40,936 bases of DNA, taken from Actinomycetes bacterium. GTDB lineage: Bacteria; Actinomycetota; Actinomycetes; Actinomycetales; Microbacteriaceae. Made by a program: the position numbers and the translations under genes. Each line of letters opens with the position of its first letter. Positions within the stretch are counted from its first letter, which is position 1. Below, piece by piece: positions 30,920 to 40,936 of the stretch. The stretch spans positions 1 to 40,936 of the forward strand of contig JANONY010000064.1 of the NCBI GenBank assembly GCA_031421055.1, read 5' to 3'. The notes below the pieces were generated by a model. That model was not told where the DNA came from and did no database searches. It saw only the letters and a list, made by a program, of their open reading frames with translations.

Positions 30920-30929
30920 GGTCGAAAGC

Positions 30930-31853
30930 CTAGCTACCCTTCGGCTCCTGCCCGTTTCGGCGAATCGCCAAGAAATTCTCGAGCTCTGCCGCGATGTCAT
31001 CGGCGCTCGGCAAGGCACCGTCTTCGTCTGTCAGCGGTGACCGAAGCGGATTCTCGATCATGTAACTGTCGTGGCGTTCTTCTAGGGCTCCGACAAGTTT
31101 GGCGAGCTCGGCGTTGTTCTCGATCTGCTCGTCAATTTTTACCAAGAAGGCGCGACCCTCATCGCGCAGGGCGTCGGTTGGAAAAATCAGCCCCGTGGCG
31201 GCGCTGACCGTCTCAAGCGCCTTGACCGCGGCGAGCGGAAACTCGGTGTCGGCGAGGTAGTGCGGAATAAGCAGCACGAATCCGACCGTTGGATGACCAA
31301 GTTGCTGCAAACGGTACTCAACAAGGTGGAGGGCGTTGGCCGGGACCTTGGTGTGCGGTTTCCACACCGACATCGCATCCGTCAGCTCTGTTCTGTTGCC
31401 GCTCACCGTGACGCCGATCGCCCGCGTGTGCGGCACTGGCATAGGAATCGCGTGCACCCACGTCGTGGTCTTCACGGCAAACCGGTCGATCAGTGCAAGC
31501 ACGGCCGCGGTGAACCGTTGCCACTGGAAGTCAGGCTCGAACCCGCTGAGCAGCAAGAATTGCTGGCCGATCTCGTCTTTTACCAAATACAGATTGAGGC
31601 TGAGCGGCTGGTAGTCGCTCAGGTGGTCTTGTTCAAAATAGATTGTCGGCCGGCGGGCACGGTAGTCGAGCAGTTCGTCTACGTCAAACTCGGCCACAAT
31701 CTGGTGATCAAGACTCGAGAGCAAGTACTCGCCCAGCTGGGTAACGCCCGCGCCAGCGTCGGCAAATCCCGTGAGGCCAGCGACGAGGTGAAGACCCGCT
31801 GGCACGTCGTAGGCGACCGAAGTGAGTTCGTAAAGTCCGTCAGGGTCGCGCAT
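30930..31853 (-). CDS. PAC2 / proteasome assembly chaperone family protein
   Basis: GFADAG, LLDYRARRP, GFEPDFQW, PMPVPHTR, PHYLA, LEERHD. Confidence 0.9.
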   Translation of the reverse strand: MRDPDGLYELTSVAYDVPAGLHLVAGLTGFADAGAGVTQLGEYLLSSLDHQIVAEFDVDELLDYRARRPTIYFEQDHLSDYQPLSLNLYLVKDEIGQQFLLLSGFEPDFQWQRFTAAVLALIDRFAVKTTTWVHAIPMPVPHTRAIGVTVSGNRTELTDAMSVWKPHTKVPANALHLVEYRLQQLGHPTVGFVLLIPHYLADTEFPLAAVKALETVSAATGLIFPTDALRDEGRAFLVKIDEQIENNAELAKLVGALEERHDSYMIENPLRSPLTDEDGALPSADDIAAELENFLAIRRNGQEPKGS

Positions 31854-31946
31854 GGTTCAACTCTAATCGCGGGCTTTGCGGCGTACCTTGGCTTCGGCGC
31901 TCAGCCGGCATGCCCTGAGCGAACACGATCAGCTTCTTGGGTCGAC

Positions 31947-31991
31947 ATGCGGACGCTCGTGCGGCTGGCCGAGGAGATTTCTGAGGAGTAG
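31947..31991 (+). pseudogene. Probable C-terminal stub of leucyl aminopeptidase (pepA)
   Basis: MRTLVRLAEEISEE* resembles the M17 aminopeptidase C-terminal helix (VRTLxxLAE). It lies directly upstream of lpdA, where pepA usually sits in actinobacteria. Confidence 0.45.
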
Positions 31992-32084
31992 TACAGTCAT
32001 TACGGCGACATCGCGCCGCCCACGTGACAGCGGCACGATCCTGCACGCAGGTCTACAACACCTTTTACCAGAGGGAGCTTCCGA

Positions 32085-33458
32085 GTGTCCGAACAGAACT
32101 TTGACCTTGTTGTACTTGGCGGCGGAAGTGGTGGTTATGCTGCAGCGCTGCGCGCGAGCCAGTTGGGCATGACCGTTGGTCTGGTAGAGAAAGGCAAGCT
32201 CGGCGGCACCTGCCTGCACGTCGGCTGCATCCCAACCAAGGCGCTTCTGCACTCGGCCGAAGTAGCGGATGTGACTCGCGAGTCAGCCAAATATGGCGTC
32301 ACCTCCACCTTCGGCGGCATCGACATCGCCGCGGTCACCGCGTATCGCGAAGAGATCGTCGCGAGCAAGTTCAAGGGCCTCACCGGCCTCATCAAGGCTC
32401 GGGGCATCACGGTGATCGAGGGCGAGGGCAAACTCGTCTCCGCCACGACGGTTCAGGTCGGCGCAGACACCATCGTCGGCAAGAACATCGTGCTCGCCAC
32501 CGGCTCGTACTCGCGCTCGCTGCCCGGTCTCGATATCGGCGGAAAGGTCATCACCTCGGAACAGGCCCTTGAGCTCGACTTCGTGCCGAAGAGGGTTGCC
32601 GTGCTCGGTGGCGGCGTCATCGGCGTCGAGTTCGCGAGTGTCTGGAAGTCGTGGGGCACCGATGTGCACATCATCGAGGCACTTCCGCACCTCGTGCCGA
32701 TGGAAGAAGAGTCGATCAGCAAGCAGTTCGAACGCGCATACCGCAAACGCGGAATCGAGTTCACGCTCGGCGTTCGCTTTCAGTCGGTCGTTCAAAATGA
32801 CCAAGGCGTTGTCGTCACGCTCGAGAACGGTGCGACGATCGAGGCAGACCTGCTGCTGGTCGCGGTCGGCCGTGGACCCTCGACGGCGGGTCTCGGCTTT
32901 GAAGAGATCGGAATCACGATCGACCGCGGCTTCGTCATCACCAACGAGCGCCTCGCCACCAACATTCCAGGCGTCTATGCCGTTGGCGACATCGTGCCTG
33001 GGCTGCAGCTTGCGCACCGTGGCTTCCAGCACGGCATCTTCGTTGCAGAAGAGATCGCAGGGCTCAACCCGCTGGTGGTTGACGACCTCAATATTCCTAA
33101 GGTCACCTACAGCGACCCTGAGGTCGCGTCCATCGGGCTCTCCGAGGCAAAGGCCGCCGAGAAGTACGGCGCTGACAAGATTTCGAGCTACGACTTCAAC
33201 CTTGCAGGCAACGGCAAGAGTCACATCATCGGCACAACGGGATCGGTCAAGGTTGTTCGAGTGAACGACGGCCCGATCGTCGGAGTGCACATGATCGGCG
33301 CTCGCGTCGGCGAGCTGATCGGCGAAGCCCAGCTCGCGGTCAACTGGGAGGCCTACCCCGAAGACATCGCACCGCTGCTTCACGCCCACCCGACGCAGAA
33401 CGAGGCCCTCGGCGAGGCGTTCCTCGCCATTGCCGGAAAGCCACTGCACGCTCTCTGA
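32085..33458 (+). CDS. lpdA: Dihydrolipoyl dehydrogenase (E3)
   Basis: GGGSGG, GGTCLHVGCIPTK redox disulfide, GGGVIG and HAHPTQNE. Confidence 0.97.
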   Translation: MSEQNFDLVVLGGGSGGYAAALRASQLGMTVGLVEKGKLGGTCLHVGCIPTKALLHSAEVADVTRESAKYGVTSTFGGIDIAAVTAYREEIVASKFKGLTGLIKARGITVIEGEGKLVSATTVQVGADTIVGKNIVLATGSYSRSLPGLDIGGKVITSEQALELDFVPKRVAVLGGGVIGVEFASVWKSWGTDVHIIEALPHLVPMEEESISKQFERAYRKRGIEFTLGVRFQSVVQNDQGVVVTLENGATIEADLLLVAVGRGPSTAGLGFEEIGITIDRGFVITNERLATNIPGVYAVGDIVPGLQLAHRGFQHGIFVAEEIAGLNPLVVDDLNIPKVTYSDPEVASIGLSEAKAAEKYGADKISSYDFNLAGNGKSHIIGTTGSVKVVRVNDGPIVGVHMIGARVGELIGEAQLAVNWEAYPEDIAPLLHAHPTQNEALGEAFLAIAGKPLHAL

Positions 33459-33515
33459 GCTGCTGTACAGGCGCCGAACTAAACTACCTAGAACAGTTAC
33501 TAAGGAGCATCACTG

Positions 33516-34982
33516 ATGAGCGAATCCGTCAACCTCCCAGCGCTCGGAGAGAGTGTCACAGAGGGCACGGTTACCCGCTGGTTGAAAAAGGTCGGCGACC
33601 GCGTGGAGGTCGACGAGCCGCTGGTTGAGGTGTCGACCGACAAGGTCGACACGGAGATCCCATCGCCCATTGCTGGTGTGATAGAGGCGATCCTCGTTGC
33701 AGAAGACGAGACCGTCGAGGTTGGCACTCCCCTCGTCACGATCGGTACTGGCGACGCCGCACCCGCAGCGTCCGCCGCACCGGCCGCAGAACCCGCCGTA
33801 CCTGCTTCGCCATATGTCGAGCCCGACCTCGGCGTTCCCGCACCAGAGCCGACCCCAGCGCCGACCCCAGCGCCGACCCCCGAGCCAGAGCCAGCTGCTG
33901 CTCCTGCTGCACCTGCTGCTGAACCTGTTGCAGAACCTGCCCCGCTGCCGGTCGACGCACTACTCGCAGCGGCACCACCGCCCCCCGTCGTTGCAGCACC
34001 GTCGGCGTCACCGCCCCCCGCTGCGCCACCCGCGGTGCCCGTTGGCGACGCATCGAACGCGGGCTACGTGACGCCGCTCGTGCGCAAGCTCGCGAACGAA
34101 AAGGGTGTCGCGCTCGACACGATCGCTGGCACGGGTGTTGGTGGTCGCATCCGCAAGCAGGACGTGCTCGCCGCAAGCTCGGCGCCGTTCGGAGACTCTG
34201 CTCCTGCTGCCGGCAGCTCTGCCCACGCTGCCGCCGCGGTCCCGTCCGCACCGCTCGAGGTGTCGCCCCTGCGCGGCACCACCGTACCCATGTCTCGACT
34301 GCGCAAGGTCGTCGCGGAGCGCGCTGTCATCTCGATGCAGACCTCCGCGCAGTTGACCACGGTTGTCGAGGCCGACGTGACGGCCATCGCCGTCTTCCGC
34401 GAGCAGGTTAAGGCACAGTTTCTTGCCAAAACCGGCAACAAGCTCAGCTTTCTCCCGTTCTTCGCTCTCGCCGCCGCCGAGGCGCTGCGGGCGTACCCCA
34501 TCATTAACGCGACAGTCGACGGCGACACCATCGTCTACCCGCCGAGTGAGAACATGAGCATTGCCGTCGATACCGAGCGTGGCTTGCTGACACCGGTGAT
34601 CCGAGATGCAGGCACACTCAACCTCGCGCAGTTCGCGGCCCAAATCGCCGACCTCGCCGACCGCACCCGCAACAACCAGCTCAAGCCAGACGAGCTGGCC
34701 GGTGGCACCTTCACCCTGACGAACACCGGATCACGCGGCGCCTTGTTCGACACCCCGGTCGTGTTCCTACCCCAGGTCGCGATTCTCGGCACCGGCATTG
34801 TCGTGAAGAAGCCCGTGGTTGTCACCAACCAGGGCCTCGACTCCATCGCAATTCGCCAGACCGTGTTCCTCGCGCTCTCGTACGACCACCGCATCGTCGA
34901 TGGTGCGGATGCCGCGCGGTTCCTCAGCGCGGTCAAGAACCGCCTTGAGGGCGGCAACTTTGCCGCCGACCTCGGTATTTAG
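33516..34982 (+). CDS. sucB: Dihydrolipoamide acyltransferase E2 (SucB/DlaT)
   Basis: One lipoyl domain (EVSTDKVDTE), Pro/Ala linker, E3-binding domain (TPLVRKLA...GTGVGGRIRKQD) and catalytic DHRIVDG. Confidence 0.93.
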   Translation: MSESVNLPALGESVTEGTVTRWLKKVGDRVEVDEPLVEVSTDKVDTEIPSPIAGVIEAILVAEDETVEVGTPLVTIGTGDAAPAASAAPAAEPAVPASPYVEPDLGVPAPEPTPAPTPAPTPEPEPAAAPAAPAAEPVAEPAPLPVDALLAAAPPPPVVAAPSASPPPAAPPAVPVGDASNAGYVTPLVRKLANEKGVALDTIAGTGVGGRIRKQDVLAASSAPFGDSAPAAGSSAHAAAAVPSAPLEVSPLRGTTVPMSRLRKVVAERAVISMQTSAQLTTVVEADVTAIAVFREQVKAQFLAKTGNKLSFLPFFALAAAEALRAYPIINATVDGDTIVYPPSENMSIAVDTERGLLTPVIRDAGTLNLAQFAAQIADLADRTRNNQLKPDELAGGTFTLTNTGSRGALFDTPVVFLPQVAILGTGIVVKKPVVVTNQGLDSIAIRQTVFLALSYDHRIVDGADAARFLSAVKNRLEGGNFAADLGI

Positions 34983-34994
34983 CTAACACGACAC

Positions 34995-36341
34995 CTATCC
35001 AGCAACGTACGTTCTGATCCGCCAACCGGCCTCTCCCTTCACCAGAAGGGCGGAGGCCGGTTCGCCCTCTGGCCCGTGTTGGTAGGTCAGAAGCACAGCA
35101 TCGCCCATTCGTTCGCCGACCTCGACATTGAGCGGCCTCAGCACCGCGGTTCCACCATCGCCCCGCTCGATCGACTGAATGAGCGCGACATCGTCATCCA
35201 TGGCTGCCGAGTTCTCTTGCAGCACGGTGTCAAGGCACAAGATAGACAGATCGCGGACGCACTGATTGCGCGCCGGCACCAACTCCGCAAAGGCCGCGAC
35301 GGGGTCGTCCTCGACAACTGCACCAGCGGCAGCCGGGGTCGGGGCGAGGGTCGGCGTCAGCGCAGCCGTGCCGCCGCCCGCTGGTACCACGGCAATGGCC
35401 ACGAGCAACGCAGCGACACCGGCCGCGACGGCAGCGTATTTCGGCTTGCGGAAGCGCGGCGGGACTCGATCGAGGTAAGGCGCAGCGGCGGCTCTGGCGC
35501 GCTTCGCGAGTGCCGTCATGAGTGTTGGCGCCTTGGTCTCGACAGGCTCGACCCGCTCACGAAGCTCGACGGGCACCACGGGCTCGACCTGCCCACGGGG
35601 CCCGACCTGCCCATGGGACTCGACCCGCAGAGTGGCCACGACCCGCCCGGGAATGTTACTGACCTGAGTTGAATCGGCCGCGAAGCGCACCGGAGTCGCC
35701 TCGGCCAGCTCGAACAGACGCGCTGAAAATTCGCTCAGCAGGGCGTCGGGGTACACCGAGAGCGCGGCGAACCACTCCCGCAGGTGACTGGCGGCCGGCA
35801 CACGGTCGAGCGCGGCGAGTGCGAGTGAGGCAAAGCTCCTGTTGTCCGCCTCGCATCCCGCCGGGTTTGCCGTCGCAGCGCTACCGAACCCGCTGAGCAC
35901 CGGGGCGCCAGAGCCGCGAAACAGCACGCGGCTCGCCGCGATCGACCCGTGCGTGAAGCCACTCTCGTGCACCGCGAGCACGGCGGCTGCGAGCGGAGCG
36001 AGCAGAGTGACCGCCTCTCCGGCCCCGATCGTCGAGCGGCCCGCAAGCAGGTGCCCGAGGCTACCGCGCTCCAGTTGCTCGAGGATGAGAGTCGGTGCCG
36101 CCGGTCCTGTGCGCGAGACGTCGCGCAACTGAACGACGTGCGGATGGTCGATGCCGCTGAGCGCGCGAAGTTCTGCGTCGATCGATTCGTCGGGTGCGTC
36201 AGCGCGAAAGCACTTGAGCGCGGCTGTCGCGTTCACGCCGCTCGAGGCGAGCGCAGCAGCGTGGCCGAGGTACACGTCTGCGCGCGAACCGGAGCCGAGC
36301 TTGCGCAGAATTCGGTAGCCGGCGATGGTGTCTTCTGGCAT
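34995..36341 (-). CDS. Ser/Thr protein kinase-like membrane protein with degenerate catalytic motifs
   Basis: LGSGSRADVY, AALK and HPHVVQL are present. HGSIAASRV replaces HRDLKPxN and SGFG replaces DFG. A TM helix and external domain follow. ATG at 36341. Confidence 0.8.
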   Translation of the reverse strand: MPEDTIAGYRILRKLGSGSRADVYLGHAAALASSGVNATAALKCFRADAPDESIDAELRALSGIDHPHVVQLRDVSRTGPAAPTLILEQLERGSLGHLLAGRSTIGAGEAVTLLAPLAAAVLAVHESGFTHGSIAASRVLFRGSGAPVLSGFGSAATANPAGCEADNRSFASLALAALDRVPAASHLREWFAALSVYPDALLSEFSARLFELAEATPVRFAADSTQVSNIPGRVVATLRVESHGQVGPRGQVEPVVPVELRERVEPVETKAPTLMTALAKRARAAAAPYLDRVPPRFRKPKYAAVAAGVAALLVAIAVVPAGGGTAALTPTLAPTPAAAGAVVEDDPVAAFAELVPARNQCVRDLSILCLDTVLQENSAAMDDDVALIQSIERGDGGTAVLRPLNVEVGERMGDAVLLTYQHGPEGEPASALLVKGEAGWRIRTYVAG

Positions 36342-36433
36342 TGGGCAAGCATCCGTGAAGAGGGCAGAGATCGGGCCAGAACGCCGAATGCTGTGAGCAA
36401 GCGCGCGAAACAACCGCGGGTTAGGATTGGCCA

Positions 36434-37072
36434 GTGATCGACCTAGTCGTCGCGGGGCTAAGCGCCAACTCCGTGCCGTATGTCGAAGCTCTAGAGCTTC
36501 AACGCGCTGTGCACCGATCCGTTGTTTCGGGCGAACGCCCAGACACGGTGATTCTTCTCGAACACCCGAGTGTGTACACCGCAGGCAAGAGAACCGAAGA
36601 CAGCGAACGCCCGACCGACGGCACCCCCGTTATCGATGTGGATCGTGGAGGCAAGATCACCTGGCACGGCCCTGGCCAGCTCGTCGGCTATCCGATTCTT
36701 CGTCTCGCTGAGCCGGTCGACGTCGTCGGATACGTGCGCCGCCTCGAAGGGCTGCTCATTGACGTGCTCGCCGAGCTCGGCGTCGAGTCTGGCCGCGTCG
36801 AAGGCCGCTCTGGGGTGTGGGTAGGCAACGCTTCTGACGGGTACGACAAGATCGCGGCAATCGGCATTCGTGTCGCGCAGGGCGTCACGATGCACGGCTT
36901 CGCGCTCAACTGCAACAACGGATTCGAGGCCTACGCTGGCATCATCGCCTGCGGTATTCGCGACGCCGGCGTCACATCGATCAGCCGAGTGCTCGGCGCC
37001 GAGACCACGACAGAGCAGGTCGTTCCGCTGATCGAACGCGCCTTCACCACCATGTACGAGGGAGCAGCGTGA
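36434..37072 (+). CDS. lipB: Lipoyl(octanoyl) transferase
   Basis: [47 protein letters not shown]. Confidence 0.96.
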   Translation: MIDLVVAGLSANSVPYVEALELQRAVHRSVVSGERPDTVILLEHPSVYTAGKRTEDSERPTDGTPVIDVDRGGKITWHGPGQLVGYPILRLAEPVDVVGYVRRLEGLLIDVLAELGVESGRVEGRSGVWVGNASDGYDKIAAIGIRVAQGVTMHGFALNCNNGFEAYAGIIACGIRDAGVTSISRVLGAETTTEQVVPLIERAFTTMYEGAA

Positions 37073-38076
37073 CCATCTCAGACACAACCCACGACCCAGC
37101 GGGCGGCCGCAAAATGCTGCGCCTTGAGGTACGCAACGCCTCGCACCCGATCGAGCGCAAGCCGGAGTGGATCAAGACCGTCGCCAAGATGGGTCCGGAG
37201 TACCGGCAGCTGCAGGCGCTCGTGAAGAGCGAGAACCTGCACACCGTCTGCCAAGAAGCGGGTTGCCCAAACATCTTCGAGTGCTGGGAAGATCGCGAGG
37301 CCACCTTCCTCATCGGCGGTAGCCAGTGCACACGTCGCTGCGACTTCTGCCAGATCGACACGGGAAAGCCCGCCGACTACGACACGGATGAGCCCCGCCG
37401 GGTAGCGGAATCCGTCGTGCAGATGAACCTTCGCTACGCCACCGTTACCGGGGTTGCCCGCGACGACCTGCCCGACGAGGGAGCATGGTTGCACGCCGAG
37501 ACCGTTCGGCAGATACACGCGATGAACCCGTCGACCGGCGTCGAGATTCTCGCAACCGATTTCTCTGGCAACCCAGAACTGCTGCGAGTGGTCTTTGAGT
37601 CGCGGCCGGAAGTCTTCGCGCACAACGTCGAGACGGTGCCTCGCATCTTCAAGCGCATCCGGCCGGCATTTAAGTACGAACGCTCGCTCAATGTCATCAC
37701 CCAGGCCCGCGATTTCGGCCTCATTACCAAGTCGAACCTCATTCTCGGCATGGGCGAAACGCGCGAGGAGGTCAGTCAGGCTCTGCACGACCTGCACGAC
37801 GCTGGCACCGACATCATCACCATCACGCAGTACCTTCGGCCGACGCCGCGACACCTGCCAGTCGACCGTTGGGTGCGCCCGGAAGAGTTCGTTGAGCTCA
37901 ACGCGGAGGCAGAAGAGATCGGATTTCTCGGCGTTCTCAGCGGCCCGCTCGTGCGGTCAAGCTACCGCGCTGGCCGCCTCTGGGCTCGTTCGATGACGTC
38001 GAAGGGCCGTGAGATTCCTGCCCATCTCGCCCACATCGCCGACGCACCGACGGAGTTCGCGCAGGCGGTATCTTAG
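37069..38076 (+). CDS. lipA: Lipoyl synthase
   Basis: [12 protein letters not shown] (CX4CX5C), CTRRCDFC (radical SAM) and VRSSY. Confidence 0.97.
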   Translation: MTISDTTHDPAGGRKMLRLEVRNASHPIERKPEWIKTVAKMGPEYRQLQALVKSENLHTVCQEAGCPNIFECWEDREATFLIGGSQCTRRCDFCQIDTGKPADYDTDEPRRVAESVVQMNLRYATVTGVARDDLPDEGAWLHAETVRQIHAMNPSTGVEILATDFSGNPELLRVVFESRPEVFAHNVETVPRIFKRIRPAFKYERSLNVITQARDFGLITKSNLILGMGETREEVSQALHDLHDAGTDIITITQYLRPTPRHLPVDRWVRPEEFVELNAEAEEIGFLGVLSGPLVRSSYRAGRLWARSMTSKGREIPAHLAHIADAPTEFAQAVS

Positions 38077-38081
38077 ACACC

Positions 38082-38789
38082 ATGGCACGAGTGAAAGACC
38101 CGAACAAAGAACCAGGACGACTCAAGCAGATCTGGCAAGTACTGCAGATGACTCGGCGGATCAGGCCCGCCATAACGTGGTGGTTGCTGCTGGCACTGAT
38201 TGGCCCGATCGTGGTCGGAGTCGTTCTGGCGCTCCTTCTTGCGCCATGGGGTAGCAACCCCGTCGGGTTCGTGCTGTACGTGATCCTTGGTGTGTTCAGC
38301 GGCATCCTCGTTGCGATCATCGTGCTTGGCCGCTCGGCCGAACGCGCGGCATACTCGCAGATCGAGGGCCAGCCGGGCGCGGTTGGCGCGATCCTGAAGA
38401 ACAGCCTCCGTCGCAGCTGGATCGCCAGCGAAATGCCAGTGCACGTGAGCCCCAAAAGCCAAGACGCTGTCTACCGCGCGGTCGGCCGAGGCGGCATTGT
38501 GCTGTTCGGCGAAGGCCCGCGCACCCGCACGCAGCGTTTGCTCGAAGACGAGCGCCGCAAGGTGCAGCGCATCGTTCCGAACGTGCCCGTGAGTTTCATC
38601 TACGTCGGGCCTGATGCCGACTCGACCCCGCTGCACCGCATCACGGCTGAGTTGCGCAGGCTCAAGCGAGCGTTACGCAAGCAAGAGGTGCTCACGGTCA
38701 ACAACCGTCTGCAGTCGCTCGGCAAGAACCTGCTGCCGATTCCCAAGGGCATCGACCCGTACAAGGTTCGCGCCTCGCGCGGTCGCTAG
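38082..38789 (+). CDS. DUF4191 membrane protein
   Basis: Two TM helices, AYSQIEGQPGA, VYRAVGRGGIVL and PIPKGIDP. Conserved position after lipA. Confidence 0.88.
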   Translation: MARVKDPNKEPGRLKQIWQVLQMTRRIRPAITWWLLLALIGPIVVGVVLALLLAPWGSNPVGFVLYVILGVFSGILVAIIVLGRSAERAAYSQIEGQPGAVGAILKNSLRRSWIASEMPVHVSPKSQDAVYRAVGRGGIVLFGEGPRTRTQRLLEDERRKVQRIVPNVPVSFIYVGPDADSTPLHRITAELRRLKRALRKQEVLTVNNRLQSLGKNLLPIPKGIDPYKVRASRGR

Positions 38790-39202
38790 CGGCGAACGAG
38801 CACCGTACCGGCCAGTTGGTCGTGCAGGCCACGCTGGTCGCGGTCCCACACTGCCGCGGGAATCACCACACACAGCAGCACGGTTCGCACGAGCGGGCGC
38901 AGCAATCCGATCCACACAGGCCGCAGCGGCACGAGGCGCAGTCCGAGCATGAGGTGACCGATGCTGCCGCTCACGATCACAAGAAACAGGTACTGCAGCA
39001 CCGCGAATGCTAAGAGAATCGCAAAGCCGTCACCCGCAAAAAATGCATAACCGACGCCGGATGCGATGGCCCAGTCGATCAGGAGAGCCGCGATTCTGCG
39101 GCCAAAAGTAGCAATCGATCGCGTGCCAGAGGCCGGCAGACCGAGGCGCTTTCCCGGCCAGTCGGGCGGCGCGACGTGTGGCGCGGAAGCGGGATCCGAC
39201 AT
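38786..39202 (-). CDS. RDD family protein
   Basis: [20 protein letters not shown] and [12 protein letters not shown] at 39202 lies 6 nt after TACGAT. Confidence 0.88.
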   Translation of the reverse strand: MSDPASAPHVAPPDWPGKRLGLPASGTRSIATFGRRIAALLIDWAIASGVGYAFFAGDGFAILLAFAVLQYLFLVIVSGSIGHLMLGLRLVPLRPVWIGLLRPLVRTVLLCVVIPAAVWDRDQRGLHDQLAGTVLVRR

Positions 39203-39229
39203 CCATCCATCGTAAGCGGGCGCAGACGC

Positions 39230-39267
39230 GTAACATGCCGGAAACATGGGGGTCACCACAGCGAAAT
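39230..39267 (+). promoter_or_regulatory. GlnR box (a-b-a-b array) upstream of glnA
   Basis: GTAAC-n6-GAAAC-n6-GTCAC-n6-GAAAT matches the actinobacterial GlnR consensus. A TACCCT -10-like hexamer follows at 39278-39283. Confidence 0.85.
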
Positions 39268-39340
39268 CGCGAGCCAATACCCTGACCGAAGGCTGTTGTT
39301 CGCAGTCCACCACGCTCTGGCACCCTTTGGAGTACGTCCC

Positions 39341-40777
39341 ATGCCCACGCCCAAGTTCAAAGACTCGTCTGAAGTCCTCAAGTTCATCAAGGACACTGAC
39401 GTCAAGTTTGTTGACATTCGCTTCACCGACCTGCCGGGTATCCAACAGCACTTCAACATTCCGGGCTTCACGGTCGACGAAGAGTTCTTCCAGATCGGCC
39501 AGCTGTTCGACGGCTCGTCAATTCGCGGCTTCCAGTCGATCCACGAATCCGACCTGCAGTTGATTCCGGATGTGACCACGGCCTACGTTGACCCATTCCG
39601 CGTCGAGCGCACCCTCATCATCGTCTTTGACATTTACAACCCGCGCAACGGCGAGATTTACGGCCGCGACCCGCGCCAGGTCGCCAAGAAGGCAGAGCGC
39701 TACCTCGCGTCGACCGGCATCGCCGACACCGCGTTCTTCGCGGCGGAGGCCGAGTTCTACATCTTCGATGACGTGCGTTACGAAGTGAAGCAGAACAAGA
39801 GCTTCTACGAGGTCGACTCTGAAGAGGCGGCTTGGAACTCCGGCCGCATCGAAGAAGGCGGCAACCTCGCCAATAAGACGCCGTACAAGGGCGGCTACTT
39901 TCCGGTCAGCCCGGTCGATAAGCACGCCGACCTTCGCGACGACATCTGCCTCAAACTGATTGACGCTGGCCTCATTCTTGAGCGCTCGCACCACGAGGTC
40001 GGCACTGCAGGCCAGGGTGAAATCAACTACCGCTTCGACACTCTCGTCAACGCGGCAGACGACATCCTCAAGTTCAAGTACATCGTCAAAAACGTTGCAC
40101 AGGAGTGGGGCAAGGTCGCGACCTTCATGCCGAAGCCGCTGATGGGCGACAACGGATCTGGCATGCACACCCACCAGTCGCTGTGGAACGACGGTAAGCC
40201 GCTGTTCTACGACGAAAAGGGATACGGCGGACTCTCCGACCTCGCTCGCTGGTACATCGGCGGAATCCTCAAGCACGCTCCGGCCGTGCTCGCGTTCACC
40301 AACCCAACGGTCAACTCGTACCACCGCCTGATCCCGGGCTTCGAGGCGCCGGTCAACCTGGTCTACTCGGCCGGTAACCGCTCTGCGTCGATCCGCATCC
40401 CGATCACGGGCACGAACCCGAAGGCCAAGCGCATCGAGTTCCGCGCGCCAGACGCCTCCGGCAACCCGTACCTCGCGTTCGCTGCTCAGCTGATGGCTGG
40501 CCTCGATGGCATCAAGAACAAGATCGAGCCACACGAGCCGGTCGACAAGGACCTGTACGAGCTGCCGCCAGAAGAGGCGAAGCTCATTCCTCAGGTGCCC
40601 GCATCACTCGAAGAGGCGCTGCGCGCTCTCGAGGCCGACAACGCCTTCCTGCAGGAGGGTGGCGTCTTCACGCAAGACCTCATCGACACCTGGATCGACT
40701 ACAAGCGCGAGAAGGAGCTTCTCCCCTTCGCGCAGCGCCCGCACCCCTTCGAGTACGAGCTGTACTTCGGGGTCTGA
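39341..40777 (+). CDS. glnA: Glutamine synthetase type I (GSI-beta)
   Basis: [42 protein letters not shown] and adenylylation site [11 protein letters not shown] at 39341 follows GGAG. Confidence 0.97.
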   Translation: MPTPKFKDSSEVLKFIKDTDVKFVDIRFTDLPGIQQHFNIPGFTVDEEFFQIGQLFDGSSIRGFQSIHESDLQLIPDVTTAYVDPFRVERTLIIVFDIYNPRNGEIYGRDPRQVAKKAERYLASTGIADTAFFAAEAEFYIFDDVRYEVKQNKSFYEVDSEEAAWNSGRIEEGGNLANKTPYKGGYFPVSPVDKHADLRDDICLKLIDAGLILERSHHEVGTAGQGEINYRFDTLVNAADDILKFKYIVKNVAQEWGKVATFMPKPLMGDNGSGMHTHQSLWNDGKPLFYDEKGYGGLSDLARWYIGGILKHAPAVLAFTNPTVNSYHRLIPGFEAPVNLVYSAGNRSASIRIPITGTNPKAKRIEFRAPDASGNPYLAFAAQLMAGLDGIKNKIEPHEPVDKDLYELPPEEAKLIPQVPASLEEALRALEADNAFLQEGGVFTQDLIDTWIDYKREKELLPFAQRPHPFEYELYFGV

Positions 40778-40807
40778 GTTCACTAGAAGCGCTGGCCGCT
40801 AACTGAC

Positions 40808-40839
40808 CGGGCCGCATCCTTCGGGGTGCGGCCCGTTTT
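40808..40839 (+). terminator. Intrinsic terminator after glnA
   Basis: CGGGCCGCATCC-TTCG-GGGTGCGGCCCG followed by TTTT. Confidence 0.85.
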
Positions 40840-40936
40840 GCGCGCGCGGCTTGCCCGCGCTGAAGCCGTACGCCTCAGGAGAGTTCAGACGGTCGTGTGG
40901 CGCCGGAGAGCTCGAGGAGCACATTCGGCTCGTCGC

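Noticed and set aside
33516-34060. Single lipoyl domain in E2 as a sign of truncation
   Set aside because: Lipoyl-domain number varies naturally, and all other domains are intact.
40840-40936. Possible 3' end of a minus-strand gene at the window edge
   Set aside because: Too short to assign a frame or product.

Overview
High-GC actinobacterial chromosomal segment. Gene content and order are typical of Microbacteriaceae (inference): sufE-like, RibD-C reductase, alpha/beta hydrolase, DUF3000, RNase D, thiolase, fadB, dxs, acnA, DUF3159, DUF3710, dut, DUF3093, DUF4193, sepH, phosphatase, topo IV A and B, principal sigma factor, MFS, PAC2, lpdA, sucB/dlaT, lipB, lipA, DUF4191, RDD and glnA. The most striking non-core signal is a family of three elements, each exactly 78 bp (7618-7695, 8696-8773, 21887-21964). 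Each has identical 12-bp inverted arms (GAAAACGCAGGA...TCCTGCGTTTTC) around a divergent 54-nt spacer. Two copies bracket an orphan AbiEi-wHTH/DUF559-type nuclease gene. The third is solo and carries the outer-left end of copy 1 and the outer-right end of copy 2, as an empty site or non-autonomous derivative would. This suggests a REPIN/RAYT-like system with a different enzyme (hypothesis). The window also shows gene-decay scars: an in-frame TAG in fadB, a murT'-'gatD deletion fusion and a probable pepA C-terminal stub. Other signals are a pseudokinase, structured or repeated leaders on acnA and sigA, a GlnR box and many probable leaderless genes. No rRNA, tRNA, CRISPR array or transposase was seen. 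All family assignments come from motif recognition by eye, not database searches.
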